From Ptychomitrium polyphyllum (lineage: Eukaryota): a stretch of DNA of 64,000 bases. Made by a program: the position numbers and the translations under genes. Below, piece by piece: positions 23,501 through 36,100 of the stretch. The notes under the pieces are model-generated. The model was not told the origin of the DNA and did not search any database. It was given only the letters and a program-made list of their open reading frames with translations. The first letter of the stretch is position 1, and the number at the start of each line of letters is the position of its first letter. The stretch lies in assembly GCA_973851085.1 (NCBI GenBank), contig OZ316776.1, positions 7,936,001 to 8,000,000 of the forward strand, in the 5' to 3' direction.

Positions 23501-26500
23501 GTTAGGTCACATGTTGCAAAGTCAAATCATTTCTTTGTTGATGTGTACGGGTTCAATTTTCAGTAACATGTGAGTATTACATTTTTGGACATTCTAGTGG
23601 CAGTTTGCTATTTCCACCTTTCTAAGTAGGATGCAACATCTACATATGGCATGTGCAGGTGTTTGTAAATGCAAGACTACATGTTTCAGGTGGAGCTCTT
23701 GGTGGTGGTCGAATGGTTGAGGACTCTTCTAGTGTGGCAGGTTTGCATAAATTCTCTTATAACTTAGATTCAATGTCTTTATCCTACAACACGAGGTTGA
23801 GAGATTGTACGGTGGAGAGGGCATTATATCTTCGGTTCTTTGGCAGATGAGTTTTAGTAGCGGTACAATAAATGTCTTTATACAATTGATCATTTCGTCA
23901 TGTGGTTCCTCTGGATTGTGACACCTTGATTCGTTACTGTGATTGTGCAGTTTTGGATACAGCTGCTGGGGTGTGGTGTGATAGAAGAGGAGTAGTCACT
24001 AGTCCCCGTGTAGGGAGGTATAGTAATGATGCAGCTGGTGGGGATGCAATTAACGAGTTAACAAGACGTTGCCGTCACGCTGCTGCCTCTGTGGGTGATC
24101 TCGTGTTCATGTATGGTGGACTTAGAGGAGGTATTTTCTATTTCTTTATCACTTATAAGACTTTTGTTGAATGACATGCACAAGTTCTGTTCCCTGATAG
24201 TCTGTGTTTTTTTGTTGTACTCTTTATGAACACAATTCGAGTCTTATTTGAGACCCTTTATCTTGCTGTAATTTGAATCTTATAATTAGGAGGTAGTTCA
24301 TAATTTTTTAATAGACGTTAATATTTATGGCTTAGTTCTGTTTAGTGTTGGAACATATATCAAGATCGACCATAAGTATTGATACAATTAGAGGAGCTAA
24401 TGCCATATGTTTGTTTCATGATCTGGATTGAACAGGAGTGTTGCTAGACGATTTATTGGTAGCAGAAGATTTAGCAGCAGTCGAAACAACATCAGCGGCT
24501 CTTCATGCAGCTGCAGCGGCAGTGTCACCTCACTCACTACCATCTCACAAGCCTCAGGAAGTGCGAAAATTACCACATCCTGATTCTTCGGGAGCTGATG
24601 GAGCTTCTGTTTTAATGGCTAATCCAGTCGCAGCGCCAGTGAATGGTGACACGTCAATGGATATTAGCACTGAAAATGCTGTATCCCATGGACATAGGTA
24701 AGATGCTGCAAATAATTGTTCATTTATGTCTTGATTTTGCCAATGTTTTTCCAAAAGTAGAGAATTTTTTGGGCATGCGACCTATTTTCTTGATTCGTCT
24801 GATATTCACAGAAGTGAACGAAGAGGAGTAGAATCTCTTGTGGAAGCATCAACAGCTGAAGCAGAAGCAATAAGTGCTGCCTTAGCGGCTGCAGAAGCAA
24901 AATCCCGTGATCAGAATGGAGAAATTGAGCCCCACAGTCCCGATAGGGATCGGGGAGCTGAAGCAGCTCCTAGTGGGAAACCGCCTTCCTCTCCGTCCTC
25001 TGCTCTTATGAGCCTGAATAGAGCGTCCATGGGTACCACGCCAGTTCATACCCCTCCCACGGGTGTGAGGCTGCATCACAGAGCGGTAATTACCATCTTG
25101 CTTTGCTACTGTATTTAAATGAGCACGTTGTTTCTTTATTCCACATGGTCTGTTTAATCAAGCTGTTTCTTGGCCACACGTTGTGTTTTTCAAACGTGAC
25201 CAGATGTGACACACCATTATATAAGTACGATTGGTTAGTTTGGCTAGTTTGGTTATACAAGTTAGTTTGGTTTGATTACGCAATCTGAGAGTAAACGTTA
25301 AGTGTTTAGACTCCTTACAAATCGAATGATAGTGCCTTGAAGACGAGAGGAAGCATCTGAATTGAATTTGTGCACGAGTGCAGGTTGTTGTTGCTGCTGA
25401 GTCTGGAGGTGCACTTGGTGGACTGGTCAGACAACTGTCAATTGATCAGTTTGAAAACGAGGGTCGGCGAGTCAGCTATGGAACTCCTGATAATGCCTCA
25501 TATGCAAGACGGCTATTAGATCGTCAAATGTCTATAAGTGGTGTGCAGAAAAAGGTATGTAAAAACTTTTCTCGACTTTCCTTATTCACTCATATTTACT
25601 CTACAAAGTACAAACTTTGTAGTAGGGGTTTATGTTGTTATTTTATATTTGTAATGACTTCTTATGCACTTCTATCTATTCTGACACTAGTTTTTCCTTC
25701 ATGACTTGTTTCTGTATGTTTTGTATTGTTCAACCAGGTCCCAAATTTGAAAAAATATGTTTTCATCTCAGTGCTCAAAATGGAGCTTGTATTTTCAAAC
25801 TAGGTGTCCATTGATAAGTATTGATTCGTGTGCAGGTCCTGTCATACTTGCTTAAACCTCGGGGCTGGAAACCACCAACAAAGCGGCAGTTTTTCTTGGA
25901 TTGTAATGAAATAGCTGACCTTTGTAATACAGCAGAAAGGCTTTTTGCTCAAGAACCAAGTGTCTTACAAATTAGAGCACCTGTTAAAATCTTTGGCGAC
26001 CTTCATGGTCAATTTGGAGATCTCATGCGCTTGTTTGATGAATACGGTTCTCCATCTACAGCAGGAGATATCACGTATGTAATCTCATGGCTCATCGTTG
26101 TTGACAATGTGTTGAGTGTTCTGCAGCATATTTATGTTACAATATTATGGAAAGCAGTTTATATGCTTGACAATTGACAATGTTCTTGTTTATTATCGTG
26201 TTCCTAGACTTTTATCACCCAAAATTTCATCTTGCAGGTACATCGATTATCTTTTCTTGGGAGACTATGTTGATAGAGGGCAGCACAGCTTAGAGACGAT
26301 CACTCTGCTACTTGCCCTGAAGGTGAGCTGTCAAACTGTAATGGCATTTCCTCTTTCGTCTTCTAAGGCTGAATATTTGTGATCCTACTTGAAATTGTTC
26401 ATTCCAACCAGTATGTCAGTTATGACAATCTTTTCCGAGAGCATTGTAGGGTTGATATTGGTTAATATTTCATGTGGATTGGCTATTTTCAGTGGAATAT

Positions 26501-28087
26501 GTGATCTTTTGTTTCAAACCCACCAAAATTTCCATCTGACGTAGAAAGTGTACCATCTGATGTATCTGATGTAAACAGTACTATCGTGATCAGTGCTTTA
26601 CATCTCATTATTTTCAAATTTGTGGCAGATTGAGTATCCTACTAATGTTCACCTTATTCGAGGCAACCATGAAGCTGCTGATATAAATGCTCTATTTGGT
26701 TTCCGCATTGAATGCATAGAGCGCATGGTATGTTTCTTGTTATCCAACTGTGCCTTATACTGGCAAGTCCGTAGTCATTTTCTAGTGCACTTCAATTCAT
26801 CGAAGTCATGATTGCCAAGTTGTTTCAATTATCTATGGTAGTGACATTTGAATTTTATGCAGGGGGAACGTGATGGCATCTGGGCTTGGCAACGGATCAA
26901 TCAGCTCTTTAACTGGTTGCCACTTGCAGCATTGATAGAGAAGAAGATCATCTGTATGCATGGTGGAATTGGGCGGTCTATCAACTACGTACGCCAGATT
27001 GAAGACCTACAACGACCTATTACCATGGAGGCTGGTTCTGTTGTGCTGATGGATCTTCTTTGGTAGAGTGTAAATCTGCCTATTGTGCTACTTCACTGAT
27101 TATTCACGTAGTATTTAGGCATTGCACTGTTGGCTTCATTGTTCGGTATATTATAGTTATTCAGTTATTTGGAAATCTTTTTTGTGCCTTTGACCGAATT
27201 AGCAAGCCCTTGGTCAGGTCTGATCCAACTGAGAATGATAGCGTTGAGGGCCTGCGTCCAAACGCACGGGGTCCAGGCTTGGTTACTTTTGGGGTGAGTT
27301 TCTCGTGCAGTTAAGACATTTTGAAGCATGATACAGTAACTAAATTCCAGTAGAATGCAATAGGCAACGTATCTATTCTTGCTTTGAGTATTTGGGTGTC
27401 ATCAACAGTGTTTGTGGCTTGGAATTTGCAGCCGGACCGTGTTATGGAGTTCTGTAAGAACAATGATCTTCAACTCATTGTTAGAGCTCATGAATGTGTA
27501 ATGGACGGATTTGAACGATTTGCTCAGGGTCATCTGATTACGCTATTTTCTGCTACAAACTACTGCGGTATGCATGCCTAAACTCTATATGAGAACTTGG
27601 TATCTCAATTTTTCTGCTGTCTATGTGTATGAGGCTTTTGTTCAGGTGTGGGTGCGAAAATTGTAATGTGGTGGTGACTGATAAAGAGACTCTTGGTTTC
27701 ACAGGAACGGCGAACAATGCAGGAGCAATCTTGGTTCTTGGTAGGGACTTAGTCGTAGTTCCTAAGCTTATCCACCCACTCCCACCTGCGATTACTTCGC
27801 CTGAATCATCCCCTGAACATCCCCTTGACGACACTTGGATGCAGGTATGCGATTCTTTCTATACTTCGTTTGATCTGTGGTGTTCTGTTCAGGATGGAGT
27901 TCTAGTATATACAAGCAAAGTTGAGAGCCTCGATACCAATGGCTCTAATACTGAAGTTCTTAGTTGGAATATGTAATGACGGGTTTTTGTTCTGGTTCAA
28001 CAGGAACTAAATGAGCATAGGCCTCCTACACCAACAAGGGGACGTCCTCAGCCTGCACACGATCGTGGCTCTTTAGCCTGGATTTGA
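20597..28087 (+). CDS. BSL: BSU1-like Kelch-repeat Ser/Thr protein phosphatase (PPKL, BSL2/3-like)
   Basis: Acidic/polyQ N-terminus, Kelch repeats ([38 protein letters not shown]), PPP motifs GDLHGQ, GDYVDRG, RGNHE and RAHEC, ending DRGSLAWI*. About 21 GT-AG exons: 20597-21146, 21542-21602, 21957-22035, 22152-22231, 22562-22656, 22754-22853, 23189-23258, 23377-23478, 23659-23740, 23951-24130, 24436-24697, 24812-25085, 25384-25554, 25836-26074, 26238-26322, 26629-26727, 26863-27062, 27218-27293, 27432-27567, 27705-27844, 28004-28087. Confidence 0.95.
20891..20914 (+). repeat. CAG microsatellite encoding polyQ in BSL exon 1
   Basis: (CAG)5 CAA CAT CAA encoding QQQQQQHQ. Confidence 0.8.
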
Positions 28088-29652
28088 TAGGCACCAGTCT
28101 TATCAAGTTGTAGTGCCTGCACATTTGTATGTGTTAGTGCCAAATATTGTTCTAGTAGGTGTTGTAAAGTATATTTGTGAATCCTTCAGACTTGGTCCAT
28201 AGCCGCCGTTCTTTTTGAAGGCGCTGACTTGTGAGCGTAGTCAACCAGATGTAAGTAGGGCAACCTGCAGGGAGGGACTGATTGTGGATAGACAGTGAAT
28301 TGAGCATCACAATAATAGCAGGTACATGTCACTCCCTTTCAAAATATTATTTTAGATTTGGAGCTGATATTCTCTTGTTACCAACAGTACCCTTGTATCA
28401 TATTGTCATTGTCGAGTTCTCTTTTTCCAAATTTCTACGCTTTCCTGTGTATGTGAAATATGTATGGAAATACATGTGAAATAGAGATCGTCCATAGAAG
28501 TCCTGCAGTCCAGCAGGTGGGCCTTCAGTCGCGGCATATTGGGCTGTGCGCTCCGTCAGTCGTAGCAATGAAGCTCTATTTCAATGAATTTTTCTCTGCT
28601 TTTGAACCACAAGGAATGACTTGCCCCTTTCTTCCAGTGCGAAGGGACAAATTTCAGAAAATCTTAGTGGTGAAAGAGTTCCAATGTTTCTTCTTTTTGA
28701 AGGGGAGAGTTGAACTTTTGACTCATTACAAGCATGTATAGTTTGTCGCATTGATGGTACAATTGCAGGCACTTGTCAAAGTTCCATGAAATTTTTGTCC
28801 TGACTTTAATGTGTCACTTTACATTGTCTAATCTAATTAACGATGTTATATGAATCAACTGAGAAGGAGCACATAATTAACAAGAAGCATTCGACACAAG
28901 TTTTACAAGTGTATCGACTGTAGCTTACTGAAGAGTATCCAAGGTGAAAAACCAGAATTGGGCCTCGTCAGTATACCACCTTGTTCGAGTCTCGCCAAGT
29001 GAATGCATATGCCTTAGCATTGATAGGTGATGAGCGCCAATATCCTCAATCAAGTGTAAAAATAGCTCTATGAAAGCATGTTGCTTAGTGCCATATGATG
29101 CACACCTCATTTGCACAAATCGACCAATTTTAAAGATACGGACTAGTTTTCAGACACAGCTGAACTTCGGAAGCTTATATCTCCATTGTTGATTTTATCG
29201 TGACAACCTTTGGCATTATGAGATGCCCTTCTGGATAGTGGAAGGATTAGCACCTTCAACAACACAAGGTAAATCACCCAAAACCAACACCATTGAGATG
29301 TCCATTTAGATGCCAGTATTCATTTCGGGTTTGCCGTATTCATGTTTCATGTGTTGGGGATGAAACCAAGTGTAGGGGATGGGTACGTCCTGTTGCATAG
29401 AAGAGGAAAACAGGACTGCTGCTCACTTCAAGTGAGGGTGAATGCATGATCCAGGTGACTACATAATTGTGTAATATTGCACTGGATCATAAATGCACCC
29501 TTCTTGGCACTACAATAGCTTTGTTATCAACTCTACAGCCTGCTTGAAACTACCATTAATTGATCTCTCAGTTAACTATTATCTCGTCCAAAAGAATTGT
29601 TCTATCAGATGTTGAGAGGAATTTGTGTGGAATTTGCTAAGGTTGTACCCTG

Positions 29653-31996
29653 CTAAGGGCAATTCGAGTTAAGTCCTGGTCCACCGTAATAAAAGTAGGC
29701 GCCCCAGTCCCCATTCACTGAACTCTCAATGTTGTAACAATTGGGGTGCTCAGCTAGCGTTTGCATTCCCACAGGCGTCTTGAGCACGTTTTTTGCATCC
29801 ACATACTTGATGTTGCGCAAGTAGCTGGCTTGGGCGAATCCTTTCTGTGCAAACTGGCCGCTACCCATGGTGGTGGCTGAATGATGTCCATCTGGTTGTG
29901 TGTTGACAACCTCCCCTCCCCACTCCAACATCGTTGCACTGTTTGCTAGATGTGTGAAAATTGATGCAGGCCAGTAGCCCACCAGATGATGGTCGCCGAA
30001 CTGCATCCACCAATTGCCTTTGATTGGGTCCTGAATATGTGTCCAAACATTCATGTCAAAACACAATTGGATAAGTTCAACTTACATCATTTGTATGCAT
30101 AACATTCTTCGATTCAATGAGTTATAATAGACGGAGTCAATGACCCAATGATATTTGAAGGTTCTTGAAAAATGCTCTTACGAGGTGGAGTGAGATTAAA
30201 CTTCCATGGCAATGAGCTCTGACATATTTAGTAACATACATAATGGTAAACTTGAAATGGAGTAAATGTTCTAGTTCTGTCAAAAAAATGTATCAAGGCT
30301 AAATTATCTACTTACTGTACTATTCAAAACATGAAGTGAAATATAATCAAGTTTCATACTGCTGAACTTACTTTCCATATAAGGATGCGGATATCATATT
30401 GGAAACCAGCCGAAGTCGAAACAGGAGTTATGGCAGCTCCTATTGCAATAGCATTACTGGTTTGGACAAACCCGGAGCACAGAAGGTTGTAGCATCCTGT
30501 TGCTTGGTAAGCATCTGTCTGCACATGACGATGAAGCCAATTCAACTCATGCCTCAATCATGACGTGTAAAAGTACTGAACCAACATAACTCAGTGGTCA
30601 CTAACATGGGGTGAAATAGCTCTATAAATGAACGAGTCCAGTACCGTCCAGTACGTAAAGAGCCTTGGGTTGTTGTCTCCATACAGTTGCGGACTCACCT
30701 ACAACAATCATCTGCACTGATTCAGACTCGGCTACGTCATTCTCTTCGACATAAATATATTCTGGTAAATCTTGAAAGCCAAAAAAATAGGAGCTGGAGA
30801 GAAGCACGTACTTGCCAACCAGCTTCAATACTATTGAGATCACTGTTGAAGGAGCCAGCAAGCAGCCACATTTGGGAAAGGCTAAACTCACTGGGCACCT
30901 GGACACTCGGACTCCAAACATTCATGGTGCACTGCGCTCCATAGTAAGCATCCCCCTGCATATAGCTAATTGCATGCTGTACGTTTTCACCACCAAACCA
31001 AGAGCAATTAGACAACTCATGACCTTTTCGATAATATTGAGTTTGATATAATTTTCTTTGGCACGAAGACAAACAGTACGTGTTGCATAGTCGTTGGCTG
31101 TCTACTCACCTCATGGCCGTTGTCCGACATGCTCTGGGGACGGCTCGGTTGTGGCACAGAAGCCAAACCGTTCTTTTTCTTCTTGTAACCTTCAAAACTT
31201 CCTGCTCGGAGCACGTCTTTCACCATTGTGCGGCGAATGGCAACGGTGCCTTCTGGGCACTGCCCACTCTGGTGCCATACCTGGGGACGATACCCTGTTC
31301 CTGAAGAGGCAACCTGGACTGCATCCAAATCTGAAGGGATACTTGGTGGAATCTGTAGGACAAGTGCGCAATGAGCAGCTCATACTCTAATGAATGAACT
31401 CAGCGATGAAAAAAAGAAGTAAAGTAGCAATATTGTCATTAAGTTTGCATGAATCATAAAGCTAGAATGGGTACCTCGAGAGTATGATTATGCAACGCAG
31501 GATGATCAAAGGCAGGTTGCTGGGAGGTTTCCACACAGTCGATGAAATCGCCATCAACACTCTGCGCACCACACAGGGACCATACTAAATTAACCTGTCT
31601 GAATGGCTGAGTACCTATATTGCACTCTAAAGTCATTGTTCACAACTCTAGGGGTTGCAGATCTGGATCAGAACAAGAAATGATTTGCCAAAATACTGAT
31701 CCAATATTTGGCTATGCTAACCCCCTCAACGTGAGCAACCAAAACACGATGACTAAAGGCCCAAGGTACATACATTCAAGCTGCTAGCATGGAGGAAATG
31801 TAGTGTAGTTCGTGTTTCAAAAAAAGACTGTTACCTGAATGGTTTTGCTGGCGGGTTTATTGATTCTACTCAAATGCCTGTGAATCCTGGCGAGCTTCCG
31901 GCGAGCTGGGGCTCCTTGCACCGCAGGTAGCGTGAAGAGGTGCCAGAGAACAATTCCCAGTAGGGCAAATCCTACCCAAAGCTTGGGCCTTGACAT
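29653..31996 (-). CDS. Neprosin-domain protein (activation peptide plus neprosin, DUF4409/DUF239), probably secreted
   Basis: Signal peptide MSRPKLWVGFALLGIVLWHL, then INKPASKTIQSVDGDFIDCV..QQPAFDHP, CPEGTVAIRR, NSIEAGWQVSPQLYGD, TGCYNLLCSGFVQ, WGGEVVN and YFYYGGPG..CP*. Exons: 31996-31835, 31561-31475, 31352-31110, 30976-30812, 30698-30645, 30518-30372, 30030-29653. Confidence 0.93.
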
Positions 31997-32960
31997 CTCT
32001 CTCCAAAGAGTTGCATTCTAGCTGCTAGTATACCACCTCTACTAGTCTGATTGCGTGCTCATGTAACCTTGTTGCTGACAGAGCCCCGTGTCAATTCAAT
32101 TCCTCCGCCATTGCTACGTGCTCATAATGGACTTCTTTTCAATGCTACTCTCCTCTACCAGCTCACGATCGAACTTCCAGTAACACCCAGAGGACAGATT
32201 GCAAAGACGTCATTACCAAGCAGAGCAATCTCAATCTCCATCGCTCTGACACAATATGGAGACAGTTAACAGAGCATGGATCACTGCTCACTGCTAGCTT
32301 TTCACAAGTGGAAGCGCCAGGAGTTAAGATAAGCTGGCTACGGTGGTCGACCTAAGGTGTTCGCAATCAAATTTACACTCAAACTGTCGAGTAGCACACT
32401 CAATTGACTTCGGTACAATAAATGCTGAAAACAAAGTTCCTGTAAAAGATGCGGCAAAGTTATAAGTGAGTGAGACTGGCGTGAATGACGTGATGGTGCT
32501 CAAGCCTCTTCATCCCTGGTAGGGCTGCCTGGAAATGAAGAATACAACAAGCCTCTCTAATGGAAAGTAACCAGATGAGGAAGAATAATATTCTTCTCTA
32601 GTTTTTATACACTGACAAGATTGAAATGCACAATATTAAGGGCTGCAGGTGATCATTGAAAGAGGTGCTAATTCTCACTGATCCGAAAGTAGTACTCAAC
32701 CTAGTGAATATTCAATTAGTTTTCTACCCTTTTTTAAGGGTGTGTATATCCCATCACTGGAGGAGTGGGGAGCTGCTACGGAGTACTATTACTCTCCCTC
32801 TGAAAGCAATGTTGAATCTGTAGTCCCAGCTCTAGTACTATGTTAGTGCCACCTTGTACCCTGCACCTTGCAGCCACCAAGAGGAAAAGGTATGTCCTCT
32901 ACATATTCTCGATTGCGAAGTGACGTGAGTCTGTCTAGCTAGCGCTTCATTCATTCCTCA

Positions 32961-33156
32961 ACAAGCTGCTTGCACAAGAAGATGAAGAATTGGAAGGTGA
33001 CTATCTGGATTTCGGAAGTCTTCACTTCCATGATGAACATGCAATATTTTTCCACTAAAATATCAGAGGCAATTGCAGAATCTGTATTGAGCTTGCAGAT
33101 ATGCCTGCTCCATCTTTCTTCAGCGTAACATCTTCTGTGCAACAATAGAAGCTTGT
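32961..33156. repeat. Long imperfect inverted repeat (possible hairpin RNA)
   Basis: ACAAGCT..TTGCACAAGAAGATGAAGAATTGGAAGGTGACTATCTG pairs with CAGATATGCCTGCTCCATCTTTCTTCA..CATCTTCTGTGCAA..AGCTTGT. Confidence 0.5.
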
Positions 33157-36100
33157 GACGTCATCAAACAGTGGTACTAGGTTGATAGTGCAATTGTACA
33201 GCAAGTTGCTACTAAGTAGACACTTAGTGCAGATCACTCTCTAAGTCAATTTCAGACCAACTGATTTCAATGTGATCTTTATACAGTCAACCGGGACAGA
33301 GCTTAGATCATTAGAGCACCGGTACTTCATGGGCAGTGGACACCACAATATTAACTTAATAATATGGATTATTGGTGAAGAAAAGGTATAGATAAGGTAC
33401 CTCGAGACTGGCCCGATGGAATTAAATATGATGGGATTGATTCTCATCCCATAAAGGCAAGTATGTTTGAATTAGAACTGGCAATGACAGAGGAGGTGGT
33501 TGTGCAACTGTTTGCTTGCAGTGACCCACTGACCAGGCTGCATCATCGCCGGACATCCAGTCTACAGTCTGCTGCCCATTGTGATCTGCTCTCTGCACAC
33601 GGCTCCTTTCACACTCATACTGTGGGGAAGAATATCACAGGCTCAAGGGCTGCATTGTCAAATACTCACGGGGAGGAAGAAATCATAGATCAATTATTTA
33701 TGGGCATAAGTGAACTATCATTGATTTAAGTGAGATATATGTTAAAGTTATAGGTGCAGTATGGTGATGCGTGACGTTGCATGCATTTGGGCATGAACCT
33801 TCGCTAGGTTCTGGTGTAGATTATCATAAAATCAAGATGCTTCTTCATTACTCACACGAATTAAATTCAAGAGACCATGTGGCATGTAGTAAGCCAACCC
33901 GGTACTATAAACTCATTACTGCATTAGGTTACTCTAAATTTTATTTACATATGTAGATATATCTGTAAGTTCTCTGCCTCAATGCTCAGGTTTAATATCC
34001 GTGAGCAATGTCACACTCTGACAGGATTGATCTCGTCAACACATCACCCTGTAGTTTAAGCTAAAATGTTTAGGTGTTGTTAAAGGAGTCCTGACAATTG
34101 ACAAGGAGCTCAGAACCAGACATCCTCAAAAATGTTTGACTGAGGACAGTGGTTAATCTTTACCTTTTACATCCAGACACACTGAGAAACAGCTGCATCC
34201 AGAAATGGAAATTTCTTTCATAAGTTTAAGTTAGTGGCAATTGCAAATTTTCGATTGGACACTCAATGTTGTATAACACCATCACTGCCGTTGAGAACTC
34301 TAAGTAAAGTGAGTCAACCTAGGAGACCAGGCAGCTTCACTGGTGCTATGGTCAGGCTTAGACGTCAGAAGCTGATACACTTTGGCCTTCAGTCTTCAGT
34401 TGAAACTTGGTAACTGTCTACATTCATTTCCCAGAATTTATCCAATTCAAATAATGATGTTTCCGGCGTGCAATATAAATTTTTGTATTGGAAGATACCA
34501 TATGTACGTCGCAGTTAGATGTGTTGCAGTTTGCTGCAGCAAGCTAGGCTGGCTAGCTTTTAAGTACTGTCTCTCATCATGATACAACAGTCCTGTACTT
34601 AGCAAGTAGACCTAGAAATATTGTGCTGTAACTTAGTATGGAGGTTGTAGTATGAAGGTGAATACTTGAAGGATGAGTTATTATACTTGGATTACAAACA
34701 AAGAATGGGCTCTAACTCCCACACTATAAGGAGGTAGATTTATATTATGGAGCCTATGCTCACCCTTGAAATATTCATCTTGAGACTCCATCCACACTCA
34801 ATATATACTTGTCAATCACTACATTGTATTGAATTCCATAAGAAAATGAGTGTTTATCTTTACCTTCAATTTTTTGTTATATTTTAGCATTTTCTTCACA
34901 TCTTACCTTGTAAGGTAAATTCCAAGTACTGTCACTTTAAACAATTTGGCAGTGATGAAAATCCAAGTTTAAAATGTAGCAACTTCAATGACATTCCCAA
35001 TTTAAAAAGATTATTAATCCAAATTGTTTGTTCAACATGTTCTTTAACAAGAAGTTTAACTCCATGTTCATTTATGTAACAACCCTAGGCCTTAGAAGTA
35101 GATGAAGGCAAGTGGTGGAGTGGACAAGGGCACATGTATAGGCAAAGTTTACAACCATATTTATTATTACTATATTGAAAGAAACACATTGCTTTCAATT
35201 ACAAATGGTTATATGTTGTGTCAACTTATAAGTCTTAATGTGGTTGGGGTTGGATTAAAACAATTTTCAATTGAATTTTCATATGGAATCAAACATTACA
35301 AGAACGTCTACAATAGAAGTAATGTTGTGTCACCATTGTATTGTGCCATAGATAATCATGGTGGAAATAAAGAGCATCATGATAAAATGCATAATATAGT
35401 TTTCTACATGCTTATTAATTTGCAAGGATGTCCAATAAGCCATTCATTTAAAAATGCTCAATAAGAAATTCATCCAATATATCAAAGACATAATGATTGT
35501 TAAAGTATTAATTACAAATTTTCCTATCCAATTAAGCTATAATAAGACTTCTACAGTATAGGGCTAGCCTATGCTAGATATAAATAATGTTTGCTTATTT
35601 TTGCCATATACTAATATAAAGGATGCACAATCCAAGGAATGAGCACCAAAAAGACGTAAATGTTTAAAAAATTGGAACCTAAATACCAATGTTGTGAATG
35701 GCATACATATTCATATTGTAAATTGAGCATGGAAATTAAGCATAAGTATTGATAAATCGTCCACTACTTTATTTTTATTTTTACAAAAAAACTTGGCATA
35801 GTTTTTATTGATTTTCAAAAATTGAATTTAAGATCTTTCAAAAAGGAAAATAATTTCATAAACATTAAAGGCTTTATTATTAATATAAAATAAAAATATA
35901 TAAGGTGAAAAATAAATACCACAAAATAAAAATAAGGATGTTATGCCATGAAATTTTTAAAATTTTCACAAGATATAATATATTTTCAATTTTTGTTTTT
36001 CAAATTTTCAAATTTTGTAGCAAATATAATATTTTTAACACTCATGTTTGAATTATTGGCTCATTAAATCTTCTACCACCTTCAATACAATTAGCAACTT

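Noticed and set aside
29031..29046. Partial matches to conserved miRNAs (miR171-like here; miR477-like 32791; miR319-like 41162; miR395-like 41573)
   Set aside because: Only 8-11 nt of identity and no complementary star arm.
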